The notes beneath the pieces were generated by a model that made no database searches, was not told the origin of the DNA, and worked only from the letters and a program-made list of their open reading frames with translations. A DNA stretch of 64,000 nt from Elusimicrobiota bacterium. Lineage in GTDB: Bacteria > Elusimicrobiota > Elusimicrobia > FEN-1173 > JAKLIF01. The stretch spans positions 10,694 to 74,693 of the forward strand of contig JAKLIF010000009.1 of NCBI GenBank assembly GCA_022709755.1. Direction: 5' to 3'. Both the position numbers and the translations under genes were made by a program. Each line of letters begins with the position of its first letter. The stretch's first letter is position 1. Below are positions 9,282 through 18,915 of this stretch, piece by piece.

Positions 9282-9605
9282 ATGAGCCCGAAATTCCCGA
9301 ACAAGCCCGTGCAGATGTCCCGAATGATCGCCTACCAGAAAGATTCCATCGTGAGCCGCGTCGTCATCGGCCGGCCGACCGCCACCGTCACCCTGTTCGC
9401 TTTCGACAAGGACCAGTCCCTGAGCGAACACACCGCCCCGTTCGACGCCCTGGTGCAGGTCTTCGACGGCCAGGTTGAGATCCTCATCGACAGGAAACCT
9501 CATCTGCTCAAGGACGGCGATTCCGTCATCATGCCCGGCGGAAAACCCCATGCGTTGAAAGCCGTCAGTCGGTTCAAGATGCTTCTCACGATGATCCGAT
9601 CCTAA
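9282..9605 (+). CDS. Cupin domain protein
   Basis: 107 aa. The cupin_2-like strands are LSEHTAPFDALVQVFDGQVEILID and GDSVIMPGGKPHALKA. AAGGAG lies upstream of the ATG. Confidence 0.65.
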   Translation: MSPKFPNKPVQMSRMIAYQKDSIVSRVVIGRPTATVTLFAFDKDQSLSEHTAPFDALVQVFDGQVEILIDRKPHLLKDGDSVIMPGGKPHALKAVSRFKMLLTMIRS

Positions 9606-9615
9606 GGAGAGCCCC

Positions 9616-10209
9616 ATGAAGATATCCATCATCCTGGCCCACCCCCGCGCGGCAAGTTTCAATCACGCGATCGCCCAGACCGCCGCCGCTCAACTGAAAA
9701 AGAACGGACACGACGTCCGGATGCATGATTTGTATCAGGAGAAGTTCGACCCGCTCTTATCGCCGGCCGAACTGACCGCGCCGTCGGCGGACCCGCTGGT
9801 CCAACGACATGCCGCCGAAATCACCGAAGCCGACGGGATCGTCATCGTCCACCCCAACTGGTGGGGGCAACCCCCTGCGATGCTGAAGGGATGGGTCGAC
9901 CGCGTCCTGTGCATGGGTGTCGCTTACCGTTTCACCGAGAACGACAAGGGGGAAGGGGTCCCTGTGGGACTCTTGAAAGCGCGGACGGCGGTCCTCTTCA
10001 ACACGTCGAACACACCGGCCGACCGGGAACAGGCCGTCTTCGGCGACCCCCTGGACAACTTGTGGAAGAGATGCATCCTCGATTTCTGCGGGATCAAAAA
10101 CGTCCATCGCGCGATGTTCGGTGTGGTCATCGTCAGCACGCCGGCCCAGCGGGAAACGTGGCTCGAGGAAGTCCGGGCCACCCTGAACAAATATTTCCCT
10201 CCCGACTGA
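9616..10209 (+). CDS. Flavodoxin-like fold NAD(P)H-dependent oxidoreductase (Flavodoxin_2 / quinone reductase family)
   Basis: MKISIILAHPRAASFNHAI, then ADGIVIVHPNWWGQPPAMLKGWVDRV, typical of the MdaB/KefF/YwrO-type family. Confidence 0.7.
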   Translation: MKISIILAHPRAASFNHAIAQTAAAQLKKNGHDVRMHDLYQEKFDPLLSPAELTAPSADPLVQRHAAEITEADGIVIVHPNWWGQPPAMLKGWVDRVLCMGVAYRFTENDKGEGVPVGLLKARTAVLFNTSNTPADREQAVFGDPLDNLWKRCILDFCGIKNVHRAMFGVVIVSTPAQRETWLEEVRATLNKYFPPD

Positions 10210-10224
10210 CCCACACCGGATCCG

Positions 10225-10923
10225 ATGTCAATCCGGCTCGTCATGAACGAATTGAAACGACATGCGAATTCGGGCCGCGCGGCCGGCATGGCCCGGTTCG
10301 GGATCGATCCCCGCAACGCGTGGGGAATCCCCATTCCCGTCCTCAGGCGACTGGCCGCAAAGACGGGAAAGAACAACGCGCTCTCTCTCGCTCTCTGGGA
10401 CACGGGGATCCATGAAGCGCGGATATTGGCCTCGCTCGTCGGCGAACCGACCGAAATCACCTCCCGGCAGATGGATCGTTGGGCCCGCCAGTTCGACGCG
10501 TGGGATATCTGCGACCAGTGCTGCAGCAACCTTTTCGACAAAACTCCTCGGGCCTACTCCAAAGCATCCGCCTGGAGCCGCCAGCGGGAGGAATTCGTCA
10601 AGAGAGCCGGATTCGCCCTCATGGCCGTTTTGGCCGTGCATGATAAAACAGCCCCTGACGACCGGTTCATCCCATTTTTGGACCGGGTGGAAAAAGAATC
10701 ATCCGATCCGAGAAATTTCGTTAAAAAAGCGGTAAACTGGGCGTTGAGACAGATCGGGAAACGCAATCGACATCTCCATGAAAAAGCCAAGGGAGTGGCC
10801 CGACGCCTCATCAACAAGCCAGACGCCGGTTCCCGATGGATCGGGCGCGACGCCTGGCGCGAACTGACATCAACCCCCGTTTTAAGAAGACTACGCCTCA
10901 AAACCGGAGCCGAACGGAAATGA
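10225..10923 (+). CDS. DNA alkylation repair protein (AlkD-like HEAT-repeat family)
   Basis: Family-typical segments are FGIDPRNAWGIPIPVLRRLAK, ALWDTGIHEARILA, WDICDQCCSNLF, EEFVKRAGFALMA and FVKKAVNWALRQIGKRN. Confidence 0.75.
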   Translation: MSIRLVMNELKRHANSGRAAGMARFGIDPRNAWGIPIPVLRRLAAKTGKNNALSLALWDTGIHEARILASLVGEPTEITSRQMDRWARQFDAWDICDQCCSNLFDKTPRAYSKASAWSRQREEFVKRAGFALMAVLAVHDKTAPDDRFIPFLDRVEKESSDPRNFVKKAVNWALRQIGKRNRHLHEKAKGVARRLINKPDAGSRWIGRDAWRELTSTPVLRRLRLKTGAERK

Positions 10924-11813
10924 ACACGACGGACCATGAATCGATGACCAGCGACACGCGCGGGATCCTCATGAGGATGCAGCAGAACGAGATCACGGAA
11001 CACCACATCTACAGGATGCTCTCGGAATCCCTCCCCCCCTCGGCCAACCGGGATGTGCTCAAGAGGATCAGCGACGACGAATTATCCCACTATACCTATT
11101 GGAAGGGCCTGACACGAACGGAGTTGAAACCCCAGCGGCTGAAGGTCCTCTTTTACATCCTCGTCTCGAGACTGTTCGGGATCACCTTCGGGATCAAACT
11201 GATGGAACGGGGAGAAACGCTCGCCCAAACAGCCTACACGACCCTGTCGAGCACGTTCCCGGAAGCAGGGAAGATCGCCCGGGAAGAAGAGGCCCACGAA
11301 CAGAAACTCATCGAGCTCTTCGATGAGGAACGGCTCCAATACATCGGGTCCATGGTGCTCGGACTCAACGACGCACTCGTCGAACTGACGGGGACCCTCG
11401 CGGGACTCACCTTCGCGCTACAGAACACCCGGCTGATCGCCATGGCCGGCCTGATCACGGGAATCGCGGCCGCACTCTCCATGGCCTCCTCGGAATACCT
11501 GTCGACAAAAACCGGCGAAGAGTCCCAGAACCCGCTCAAGGCCTCCCTCTACACCGGCACCATGTACATCCTGACCGTCGCCTTCCTCATAACACCCTAC
11601 TTCCTGTTCAGCCATGTCCTCCTGTGCCTAACGGGAACGCTCGTGGTCGTCATCTGCATCATCGCGCTGTTTACGTTCTACCTATCGGTCGCCAAAGACC
11701 TCCCGTTCAAGAAGCGATTCCTGGAAATGGCGGGCATCAGCCTGGGAGTGGCCCTCTTCACGTTTTTCATCGGATATCTCATCCGTTCCGTCCTGCATGT
11801 GGACGTCGACTAG
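10920..11813 (+). CDS. VIT1/CCC1-family iron/manganese transporter with N-terminal ferritin-like domain
   Basis: The N-terminal ferritin-like helices are EITEHHIYRML and EEEAHEQKL. The C-terminal VIT1 core is VLGLNDALVELTGTLAGL followed by SMASSEYLS. ATG 10920 forms an ATGA overlap with the upstream stop. Confidence 0.75.
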   Translation: MNTTDHESMTSDTRGILMRMQQNEITEHHIYRMLSESLPPSANRDVLKRISDDELSHYTYWKGLTRTELKPQRLKVLFYILVSRLFGITFGIKLMERGETLAQTAYTTLSSTFPEAGKIAREEEAHEQKLIELFDEERLQYIGSMVLGLNDALVELTGTLAGLTFALQNTRLIAMAGLITGIAAALSMASSEYLSTKTGEESQNPLKASLYTGTMYILTVAFLITPYFLFSHVLLCLTGTLVVVICIIALFTFYLSVAKDLPFKKRFLEMAGISLGVALFTFFIGYLIRSVLHVDVD

Positions 11814-11827
11814 GAAAGGGAGGTTCC

Positions 11828-12574
11828 ATGTCCCTCACTGAACCCGAGAAGAAACGATACACCCGGCAGATGATGTTGACGGGCTGGGGAGAAGAAGCCC
11901 AACTCAAGCTAAGACGGTCTGTCGTGTTCATCGCCGGAGCGGGAGGACTCGGAAGTCCGGTCTCTTTCAATCTTGCGGTGGCGGGCGTGGGGACGCTGCG
12001 TCTCTGCGACTTCGATAAACCGGACCTCAGCAACCTCAACCGCCAATTCCTGCATGATGACTCCCGTCTGGACATGAACAAAGCCGAATCGGCCCGGTTG
12101 ACCCTGGGCAAACTCAACCCCCACATCACTCTGGAAGCGATCTCGGCGAAGATCGTGGACTCCAACGTGGACGAGTTGGTCGGCGACGCCGACATCATCG
12201 TGGATTGCATGGACAACATCCCGACGCGATTCCTCCTGAACGCCTGTGCCGTCCGCAAGCGGATCCCCTTCGTGCATGGGAGTGTCTGGGGGATGGAGGG
12301 GCGGGTCTCCTTCTTCCACCCGCCGAAAAGCCCCTGTTTCCAATGTTTCGTCAAAGATTCCCCCCCGAAAGAGGTCTTCCCGGTGGTCGGGGCCACGCCG
12401 GGGATCACCGGATCCATCCAGGCCATGGAGACCCTTAAATATCTGACCGGGATCGGAGAAACGCTGGCGGGACGGCTCCTCTGTTGCGATTTTTCGGACA
12501 TGCGGTTCACGGAATACCGGATCGACAGGGATCCGCACTGTCCGGTCTGTTCCCGGGGCCGGGGGCGGGAATAA
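11828..12574 (+). CDS. ThiF/HesA/MoeB-family E1-like adenylyltransferase
   Basis: RYTRQMMLTGWGEEAQLKL followed by the nucleotide loop VVFIAGAGGLGSP, LSNLNRQ, and two CxxC pairs (CFQC, CPVC). ATG 11828 is preceded by GGGAGG. The track start at 11624 lies inside the VIT1 gene. Confidence 0.8.
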   Translation: MSLTEPEKKRYTRQMMLTGWGEEAQLKLRRSVVFIAGAGGLGSPVSFNLAVAGVGTLRLCDFDKPDLSNLNRQFLHDDSRLDMNKAESARLTLGKLNPHITLEAISAKIVDSNVDELVGDADIIVDCMDNIPTRFLLNACAVRKRIPFVHGSVWGMEGRVSFFHPPKSPCFQCFVKDSPPKEVFPVVGATPGITGSIQAMETLKYLTGIGETLAGRLLCCDFSDMRFTEYRIDRDPHCPVCSRGRGRE

Positions 12575-12576
12575 CC

Positions 12577-13317
12577 ATGGACGCCCTTTTCCTCTCCTCC
12601 GTCGGAGTCGGCTTCGCGGCCCAGATCATCGACGGAACCCTCGGAATGGCCTACGGGGTCACTTCCACAACGTTCCTGCTGGGGATCGGTGTCCCTCCGG
12701 CGGCCGCCAGCGCCTGCGTGCACACCAGCGAGATATTCACGACAGCCCTCTCCGGCTTCTTCCACCTGCGGTTCGGGAACGTCGACCGGAAGATATTTTT
12801 GAAACTGCTGATCCCCGGGATCATCGGCGGAGTGACGGGGGCATACCTGCTGTCCAATTTCCCCGGCGACGCCGTCAAACCCTACACGGCGGCCTACATG
12901 CTCCTCATGGGATTGTTCATCCTGCGCAGGGCCTACAAGAACATCACCGAAGCTCGCCGGCAGGTCCCGCTGGTCCCGCTCGGCTTGGCGGGTGGATTCT
13001 TCGACGCGATCGGCGGCGGCGGATGGGGCCCCATTGTGACCTCCACCCTCGTGGCCCAGGGGAGCTCCCCCCGGAACGCCGTGGGGTCCGTCAACCTCGC
13101 CGAGTTCTTCGTCACGGTGTGCGAATCCATCACCTTCATCCTGTTCCTGGGGATATCCCATGTCAACATCATCGGCGGACTGCTCCTCGGTGGAGTGTTG
13201 GCCGCCCCGCTGGCCGCCTGGACCTGCAAGAAGATGCCTCACCGGCCGTTCCTCTGGATGGTGGGATTTCTGATCATCATCCTCAGTCTCAGGACGATGT
13301 TCAAGATATTTTTTTAA
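12577..13317 (+). CDS. TauE/SafE-family sulfite/anion exporter
   Basis: 246 aa and polytopic. Family-like segments are GFAAQIIDGTLGMAYGV and GGFFDAIGGGGWGPI. It starts 2 nt after the ThiF-like stop. Confidence 0.7.
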   Translation: MDALFLSSVGVGFAAQIIDGTLGMAYGVTSTTFLLGIGVPPAAASACVHTSEIFTTALSGFFHLRFGNVDRKIFLKLLIPGIIGGVTGAYLLSNFPGDAVKPYTAAYMLLMGLFILRRAYKNITEARRQVPLVPLGLAGGFFDAIGGGGWGPIVTSTLVAQGSSPRNAVGSVNLAEFFVTVCESITFILFLGISHVNIIGGLLLGGVLAAPLAAWTCKKMPHRPFLWMVGFLIIILSLRTMFKIFF

Positions 13318-13340
13318 GGCCGCCCCGCCCCCGGACCCCG

Positions 13341-15077
13341 ATGAACGTCTTCTCCAGGGAATACAAGGACACCCCCCTGTTCTGGCTGACGGGAATCTTC
13401 CTGACACTCTACATATCCGTCCATCTTGGTCTCTACGCCTACGCGGACAGGATGTTCAGCATCGAACAGGATTTCGCCCTGAATTACCGCCTATTCAACG
13501 GCGAACTGGGGCCGATCTCCCACATGCTGCGTCACTTCGACATGGGGAACGTGAAATTCATCTACATCCTCCTCCTCTTCAAACTGTTCGGGAAGTCCCT
13601 GGCCGCCATCCGCCTGATGCATCTGCCGTTCCTGCTGATCCTGGCCGCCGCCACGCACGACATCATCCACCGACTCACCCGAAAACCCGTCCTCTCCTTC
13701 GTCGGAACGCTCCTGGCATTGAACATGCCCGTGGTGATCGCGTATTCACGCTCGACCCACCTCACCTTCCTCCCCATCGCGGCGCTGGGACTGGCGGCGA
13801 TGGCCGTCTATCTCCGGGACATGGAACTGATCCATCGGCGGTCCGGCCTCCTGATCGGACTGTCGATGGCGCTCGCCGTCTCGTTCCACCCGAACGCCGT
13901 CATCCTCTACGCGTTCCTCCTCGTGTTCCATTGGGCGACGACGCGGCCTCGGTCACACGTCTTCCATGCTCTCGCCGTTCTTTTCTCAGTCATCTCCGTG
14001 GAACGGTTTTTCCGACTTTCCTCCTGGGGTCTCATGCATTCCCGCCGGATCAAATCCATCCTGGCCTTCGATCCGACCCTTTTCACGGAACGTCTCTTCC
14101 GATGCATCCCCCCCAGTCTGATCTATTCCCTGCTCGTCGGGCTCGTGCTCCTGCTGTTCCTCCAGAAACACCGGGCGCCCCTGAGGGACAAACGCCTTTT
14201 TTTCGTGTTGTCGTCCTATCTCGTATGGATCGTCGTGATGTTCCTCGGGCAGCTGAACACCGTCGACCCCATCCGGCTGGAATGTTATGTCTACCTCTGG
14301 GCCCTGACTGTCATCTCCTTCACGCTCGTGATCGATTCCCTCTGGGAGGATCGAAGCCTGCCTCCTCTTCTCCGGCGGATCATTCCCCTCCTCCTCCTCG
14401 CCGTACCTCTCCAAAAAGGCGTGTTCGGATCGGAGTCCCTCCAACTCAAACCCTATCGGACTTTCGGGCTCCACCACCGTCACTTCCTTTCCGACGACAT
14501 GCGCCCGCTGGACGGCCTTTTCCATTGTCTGGACGCGACGGACGGGACACCCGGGGACAAAACCATCTCCATCCTCCAGGGAGGACTGACCCTCTACACC
14601 AACGGTCAGGAGACCGTCGCCGCGCCGCTCTATCACACGCTCAACTGGCTGACGCCTCCCTGTCCCCCGGAGATATACCAGATGCAGGCCTTCTACAGCC
14701 CTTACAAGATCCGATGGGCCCCCCTCCTCTTCGACTTTTCCTTTGACGAAGCGTATGTGCAAAACGGATACCTTCGGGACATGGAGAATGCCCGGACGAA
14801 AGAAACAGAATCCCCCTCGTCCTACGATTATCTTTTCCTCTCCGTGGTGGTCCAGCCGCATGCCCTTCTCGAGAAAGAACGTGATTACCTCTTCCGCTTC
14901 ACCGATCCCCCTGCCGACGAATACAGGCCCCTGATCCTGCCCGAACAGACCGTCCTGGACACCATCCGGACCTCCAACCCCGGCGACTATGAGAGATATT
15001 TCAAGAACGCCCGATTCCTCAACAAACAACGGATGGGCGGTAATTTTTTCCTTTACGTCTTTCGAACGTCCAAATAA
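13341..15077 (+). CDS. Polytopic membrane protein with C-terminal soluble domain; possibly a GT-C (ArnT/PMT-like) glycosyltransferase
   Basis: 578 aa from ATG 13341. There are about 10 hydrophobic segments in the first ~370 aa, then a hydrophilic tail. The GT-C suggestion rests only on overall topology and its position beside LPS genes. The track start at 13023 lies inside the TauE gene. Confidence 0.55.
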   Translation: MNVFSREYKDTPLFWLTGIFLTLYISVHLGLYAYADRMFSIEQDFALNYRLFNGELGPISHMLRHFDMGNVKFIYILLLFKLFGKSLAAIRLMHLPFLLILAAATHDIIHRLTRKPVLSFVGTLLALNMPVVIAYSRSTHLTFLPIAALGLAAMAVYLRDMELIHRRSGLLIGLSMALAVSFHPNAVILYAFLLVFHWATTRPRSHVFHALAVLFSVISVERFFRLSSWGLMHSRRIKSILAFDPTLFTERLFRCIPPSLIYSLLVGLVLLLFLQKHRAPLRDKRLFFVLSSYLVWIVVMFLGQLNTVDPIRLECYVYLWALTVISFTLVIDSLWEDRSLPPLLRRIIPLLLLAVPLQKGVFGSESLQLKPYRTFGLHHRHFLSDDMRPLDGLFHCLDATDGTPGDKTISILQGGLTLYTNGQETVAAPLYHTLNWLTPPCPPEIYQMQAFYSPYKIRWAPLLFDFSFDEAYVQNGYLRDMENARTKETESPSSYDYLFLSVVVQPHALLEKERDYLFRFTDPPADEYRPLILPEQTVLDTIRTSNPGDYERYFKNARFLNKQRMGGNFFLYVFRTSK

Positions 15078-15226
15078 ACCAGACCCCCTGTCTCAAGATA
15101 CGACCCCCATGGGCAAGTGAACACCCGATCCGAACCGGTGTTTACCTCCCGAGGAAGGCCATCCGTCGACACATCGATTGATAGGAAACGAGATACGAGA
15201 GGAAGGAACAGCTAAAAGATATTCAT

Positions 15227-16258
15227 TCAGGCGGAGCGGCTCGCGGGTTTTCCGGACGCCAACATTTGAGAGACGACGTCGGAGACCCGTTGAGGGGACA
15301 TCCACTCCATGCATTCGTGCCCATAGGGGCACCGGTTGTGGTTGCATCCGACACAGCCCAGACTCTCCAATTGCAAGTGCCGATGAGGAGGCCGACGCGG
15401 GTTCCAGGACCCGACACAGGTCGGGCCGTAGATCCCCAGGGTGGGAGTACCCACGGACACGGCCAGATGCATGGGACCGTTGTCATTGCCGACGACGACG
15501 TCGCATCGCGATAAAACATACGCCATCTCCTTGACGGTGAGGGAAGGGATCATGAGGCGGCCCGCTTTCCCCTGGACCAGCTCCGACACATAAATTTCCT
15601 CCTGAGGACCTCCCCAGAACAGGATGAACGTCAGGGACGGCATCCCCGGAAGGGATCGCAAACGGTCCATCAACTCGTCGAAATATCTCTTGGGCCAGCG
15701 GCGGGAAGACTGCCTCGTGATCGGCACGATACCGACGACCTTCGTGGAACCGTCCACCCCGGCCGTCCGGCACCATTCCGCGGCGACCCGCACCTCCGGC
15801 TCCGTCAGGGTGATCTGGGGGAGCTGACCGGCGGGCACGGCGAGCCCCAGGAGACGCAAGAGGTCCAGTTTCGACTCGACGGCATAGGTGGGGATCGGCG
15901 GGCGGGGGATGGTGGTCGTGTAGGCCCATTTCCAGACGGGGATATCGTATCCGCCGCGCACCGGCGCGCCGCTGAAAAAAGAGATCTGCGCCGACCGCGG
16001 ATTGTTCATAAAATCCAACGTCCAATCGTATCCCTCCCGGCGGACGGCCCGCAGGAGTTCCCCATATCGTCTCTTCTCGCAGACATGGATCTTCCGAAGG
16101 AACGGATTCCCCTCCAGGACGCCGACGAAAGGCGGTTCCGTCAAGAAATCGACCACGGCCTCCGGATAATTCTGTTTCAGGGTCCGGATGACCGGCGTCG
16201 TCAAGAGGACGTCGCCGAGGCGGCGGAGCTGGATGAGGAGGATCTTCCGCGGGATCAT
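15227..16258 (-). CDS. Glycosyltransferase family 9 (LPS heptosyltransferase-like)
   Basis: N-terminus MIPRKILLIQLRRLGDVLLTTPVIRTLK, and a C-terminal VVGNDNGPMHLAVSVGTPTLGIYGP. ATG 16258 overlaps the upstream TAA by 1 nt. Confidence 0.85.
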   Translation of the reverse strand: MIPRKILLIQLRRLGDVLLTTPVIRTLKQNYPEAVVDFLTEPPFVGVLEGNPFLRKIHVCEKRRYGELLRAVRREGYDWTLDFMNNPRSAQISFFSGAPVRGGYDIPVWKWAYTTTIPRPPIPTYAVESKLDLLRLLGLAVPAGQLPQITLTEPEVRVAAEWCRTAGVDGSTKVVGIVPITRQSSRRWPKRYFDELMDRLRSLPGMPSLTFILFWGGPQEEIYVSELVQGKAGRLMIPSLTVKEMAYVLSRCDVVVGNDNGPMHLAVSVGTPTLGIYGPTCVGSWNPRRPPHRHLQLESLGCVGCNHNRCPYGHECMEWMSPQRVSDVVSQMLASGKPASRSA

Positions 16259-17067
16259 TACAAGCGGGCGCGTCCGCGGGTCATATTGAGATGGAAATCG
16301 AAGAGGGAGTCGTCTCCCCGGACGAAGATCCGATGAAGGCAGTAGGGTTCTTCCGTCGGGACCGATTTCCCTTGATGGACGGAACAGGCCCACCGATAAC
16401 CGGCGTCACGGACCAGGCGGCGGACTTTCTCGTCATCCTGGCCGTTCCCGTAGGGATAGGCGAAGGTCACCGGTTCGCGGCCCAGGAACTCCGTGATGAT
16501 CCGGCGGCTCTTACCCAATTCCTCAACGACCTGTTTGGATTCGATCCCGGTCAAACGCGGATGGGTCATGGTATGGGATCCGAACTCGACGCCGGCCGAC
16601 TGCATCTCTTCCGCGTTCTTCCAGCTCATCATCGGAAGCCGCGATTCCGTCGCGGGATCATGCCAGAAATTCTCCCACCCGACCGCCTGGACCACAAGGA
16701 AAACCACCGCCGGATACCCGTAATCCCGCAGGACCGGGAAAGCGTTCTGGTAATTGTTCAGATACCCGTCATCGAAGGAGATCACGACGGCCCGGGGAGA
16801 CAGGGGGTCGCCGCGGTCCTGCTTTTCGGCGACCTGCCTCAGCGTGACCGGTTCCCAGCGATGGGTCTTCAACCATTCCATCTGACGGCGGAACATGTCC
16901 GTCGACACCCAGAGTTTCTTCAACCGGGAATCCGGCGGAGGAGTCCCGATCTTATGATACATGAGGATCGGCAGTCCCTCGGCGCGAGGTCTCCACCAAT
17001 TCCATCGGGCCGAAGCCCCCAGGACGGCGGCCGATGCGGCGCCGGTCAGCCAGAGCGCGAGGCTCAT
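16258..17067 (-). CDS. Polysaccharide deacetylase (NodB homology, CE4)
   Basis: PILMYHKIG, AVVISFDDGYLNNY, GYPAVVFLV and GSHTMTHPRL are the CE4 motifs. It has an N-terminal TM/signal segment. ATG 17067 forms an ATGA overlap with the upstream stop. Confidence 0.8.
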   Translation of the reverse strand: MSLALWLTGAASAAVLGASARWNWWRPRAEGLPILMYHKIGTPPPDSRLKKLWVSTDMFRRQMEWLKTHRWEPVTLRQVAEKQDRGDPLSPRAVVISFDDGYLNNYQNAFPVLRDYGYPAVVFLVVQAVGWENFWHDPATESRLPMMSWKNAEEMQSAGVEFGSHTMTHPRLTGIESKQVVEELGKSRRIITEFLGREPVTFAYPYGNGQDDEKVRRLVRDAGYRWACSVHQGKSVPTEEPYCLHRIFVRGDDSLFDFHLNMTRGRARL

Positions 17068-17822
17068 GGCCGGGGATCCCTCTCGCAGTCGATCAGGCGG
17101 ACATGTTTCAGCCAGGCGTAATAGGCGCTCAGAACGGCGTAGATGAATCCCGGTTGACCGTCCAGGAATCCCCCCTTGAGGACATAGCGGATGAAGAATT
17201 CCCACGGGAGCCGGAGGTGCTGCCAGGACGCGAACGAATGCCCTTTCCGATGTTTCTCCCGGGCGATGAGTTCCGTATACAGGTTGCATTTCTGAAGGTA
17301 TTCCGAAAAATTCCTGTAACTTTCATGACGGATCCGGCCCCGCAGAGCGCCGAGAGGCGGGGTGACGCGGATCCCCTCGTGGACGGACTTGGTGCCGTAG
17401 GAAGCCTTCCCTTTGAGGAACAGACGGACATGGTGTTCTCCGAAACAGCCCCCGAACCGCAGCCGGCGGCCCAGAAAATAGATCTCATAGGGGATCTCAT
17501 AGCCGTTATGGGCGGGCGCGTCCGCGCCTTTCAGCGACAGAAGTTCGTCCCGCAGGGCCGGGGTCAGTCGTTCATCCGCATCGACGTTGAGGATCCATTC
17601 CCCCGAGGCCTGCTCCAGAGCGAATTGTTTCTGGGGGCCGAACCCATCCCACGTGCGTTGAAAAACCTTGTCGGTGAACCGGCGGGCGACGGCCACGGTC
17701 TGATCGGTCGAATAGGAATCGACGACCACGATCTCGTCCGCCACCGGACGCACGCTCTCCAGGCAGGCGGGAAGATCGTTCTCTTCGTTACGCGTGATGA
17801 TGATGACGCTGAGTTTTTTCAT
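17064..17822 (-). CDS. Glycosyltransferase family 2
   Basis: MKKLSVIIITRNEENDLPACLESV followed by VVVDSYSTDQT and NVDADERL (DxD-type). GAGG lies 5 nt upstream of the ATG. Confidence 0.85.
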   Translation of the reverse strand: MKKLSVIIITRNEENDLPACLESVRPVADEIVVVDSYSTDQTVAVARRFTDKVFQRTWDGFGPQKQFALEQASGEWILNVDADERLTPALRDELLSLKGADAPAHNGYEIPYEIYFLGRRLRFGGCFGEHHVRLFLKGKASYGTKSVHEGIRVTPPLGALRGRIRHESYRNFSEYLQKCNLYTELIAREKHRKGHSFASWQHLRLPWEFFIRYVLKGGFLDGQPGFIYAVLSAYYAWLKHVRLIDCERDPRP

Positions 17823-18915
17823 GATGCCTCACGTTCACTCGCTGATAGACATCCAGATATTGATTCGCCATCCGGGCGACGGTAAAAAAAGCCAGCCGTT
17901 CGCGTCCCCACCGGACGCGGCGCTGTTTTTCGTCGTCGCTCCCGATCACACGACCGAGGGCCGCGGCCAGAGCCGATGGATTGCGCGACGGGACCAGCAC
18001 GTCGTTGGCGGAATCCCCGAATATCTCCGGAATCCCTCCGGCTTGAGTGGCCACCGCCGGGATGCCCAGAGACATGGCATCCAGCAGGGAGGTGCCCAAC
18101 CCTTCCTCGACGGAGGACAAAACGAACACATCGGCGGCGGCGACATAGTCGAGCACGTCGTCCCGGTGTCCCAGAAGGTGCACGCACTGTTTGAGACCGA
18201 GCTGGTCGATCAACCGCGTCAGGCGGGACCGCAGGTGACCTTCCCCCAGGATCAGCAGTTGGATGGCGGGGACGTCTTTCCTGAGGAGCTCGACGGCTTT
18301 GATGAGGGTTTCCTGGTCCTTGTGAGGAACCAGCGCGGCCACATTGACCAAGAGCAGGTCTTCGTTCCGGATCCCCTTGGCCCGCCGGAGATCCTCACGG
18401 TTCCCCGGCGAAGGGTAATCTGCCGGATCGATCCCGCTGTGGATCACGGATATCTTCGGGCCATGCCAACCGTGTTCCAGCATCACATCCCGGACTTTCT
18501 CGGAAATGGCGACGATCTCATTCAACCGGCCGTATTTCCACCTTGAAAAGATGTTCCGTCTCAACGGAAAATCCACACGCCGGGTGGCGAGAAAACCACA
18601 GTCGACCGGCCAAGCGGCCACAGCCCCCAGACCGACGGCATGGGCCGTGTGCGCATGGAGGATGTCCGCCTTCTGTTCCCGAAGGAAGCGGCGCAAGGCC
18701 GACGCCGCGCGCAGGTCCCATTCCCCCTTGGGGGCGAATTCAAACACCTGCAGATCGGCCGCACGGCAGCGGTCCGCCAAGGGAGAACCGGTCCGACAGG
18801 CGACCCAATTCTGATGTCCCCTCTTTTTCAGTTCCCGGGCCAACCAGAAAAGCTGGCGTTCCCCGCCACGCCATGTCGGCTCCGTATCCAGATGGACGAT
18901 CCGGAACGGGTTCAT
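17788..18915 (-). CDS. Glycosyltransferase family 4
   Basis: IVHLDTEPTWRGGERQ, then VFVLSSVEEGLGTSLLDAMSLGIPAVATQAGGIPE (E-x7-E region). ATGA overlap with the upstream stop at 18912-18915. Confidence 0.85.
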   Translation of the reverse strand: MNPFRIVHLDTEPTWRGGERQLFWLARELKKRGHQNWVACRTGSPLADRCRAADLQVFEFAPKGEWDLRAASALRRFLREQKADILHAHTAHAVGLGAVAAWPVDCGFLATRRVDFPLRRNIFSRWKYGRLNEIVAISEKVRDVMLEHGWHGPKISVIHSGIDPADYPSPGNREDLRRAKGIRNEDLLLVNVAALVPHKDQETLIKAVELLRKDVPAIQLLILGEGHLRSRLTRLIDQLGLKQCVHLLGHRDDVLDYVAAADVFVLSSVEEGLGTSLLDAMSLGIPAVATQAGGIPEIFGDSANDVLVPSRNPSALAAALGRVIGSDDEKQRRVRWGRERLAFFTVARMANQYLDVYQRVNVRHHEKTQRHHHHA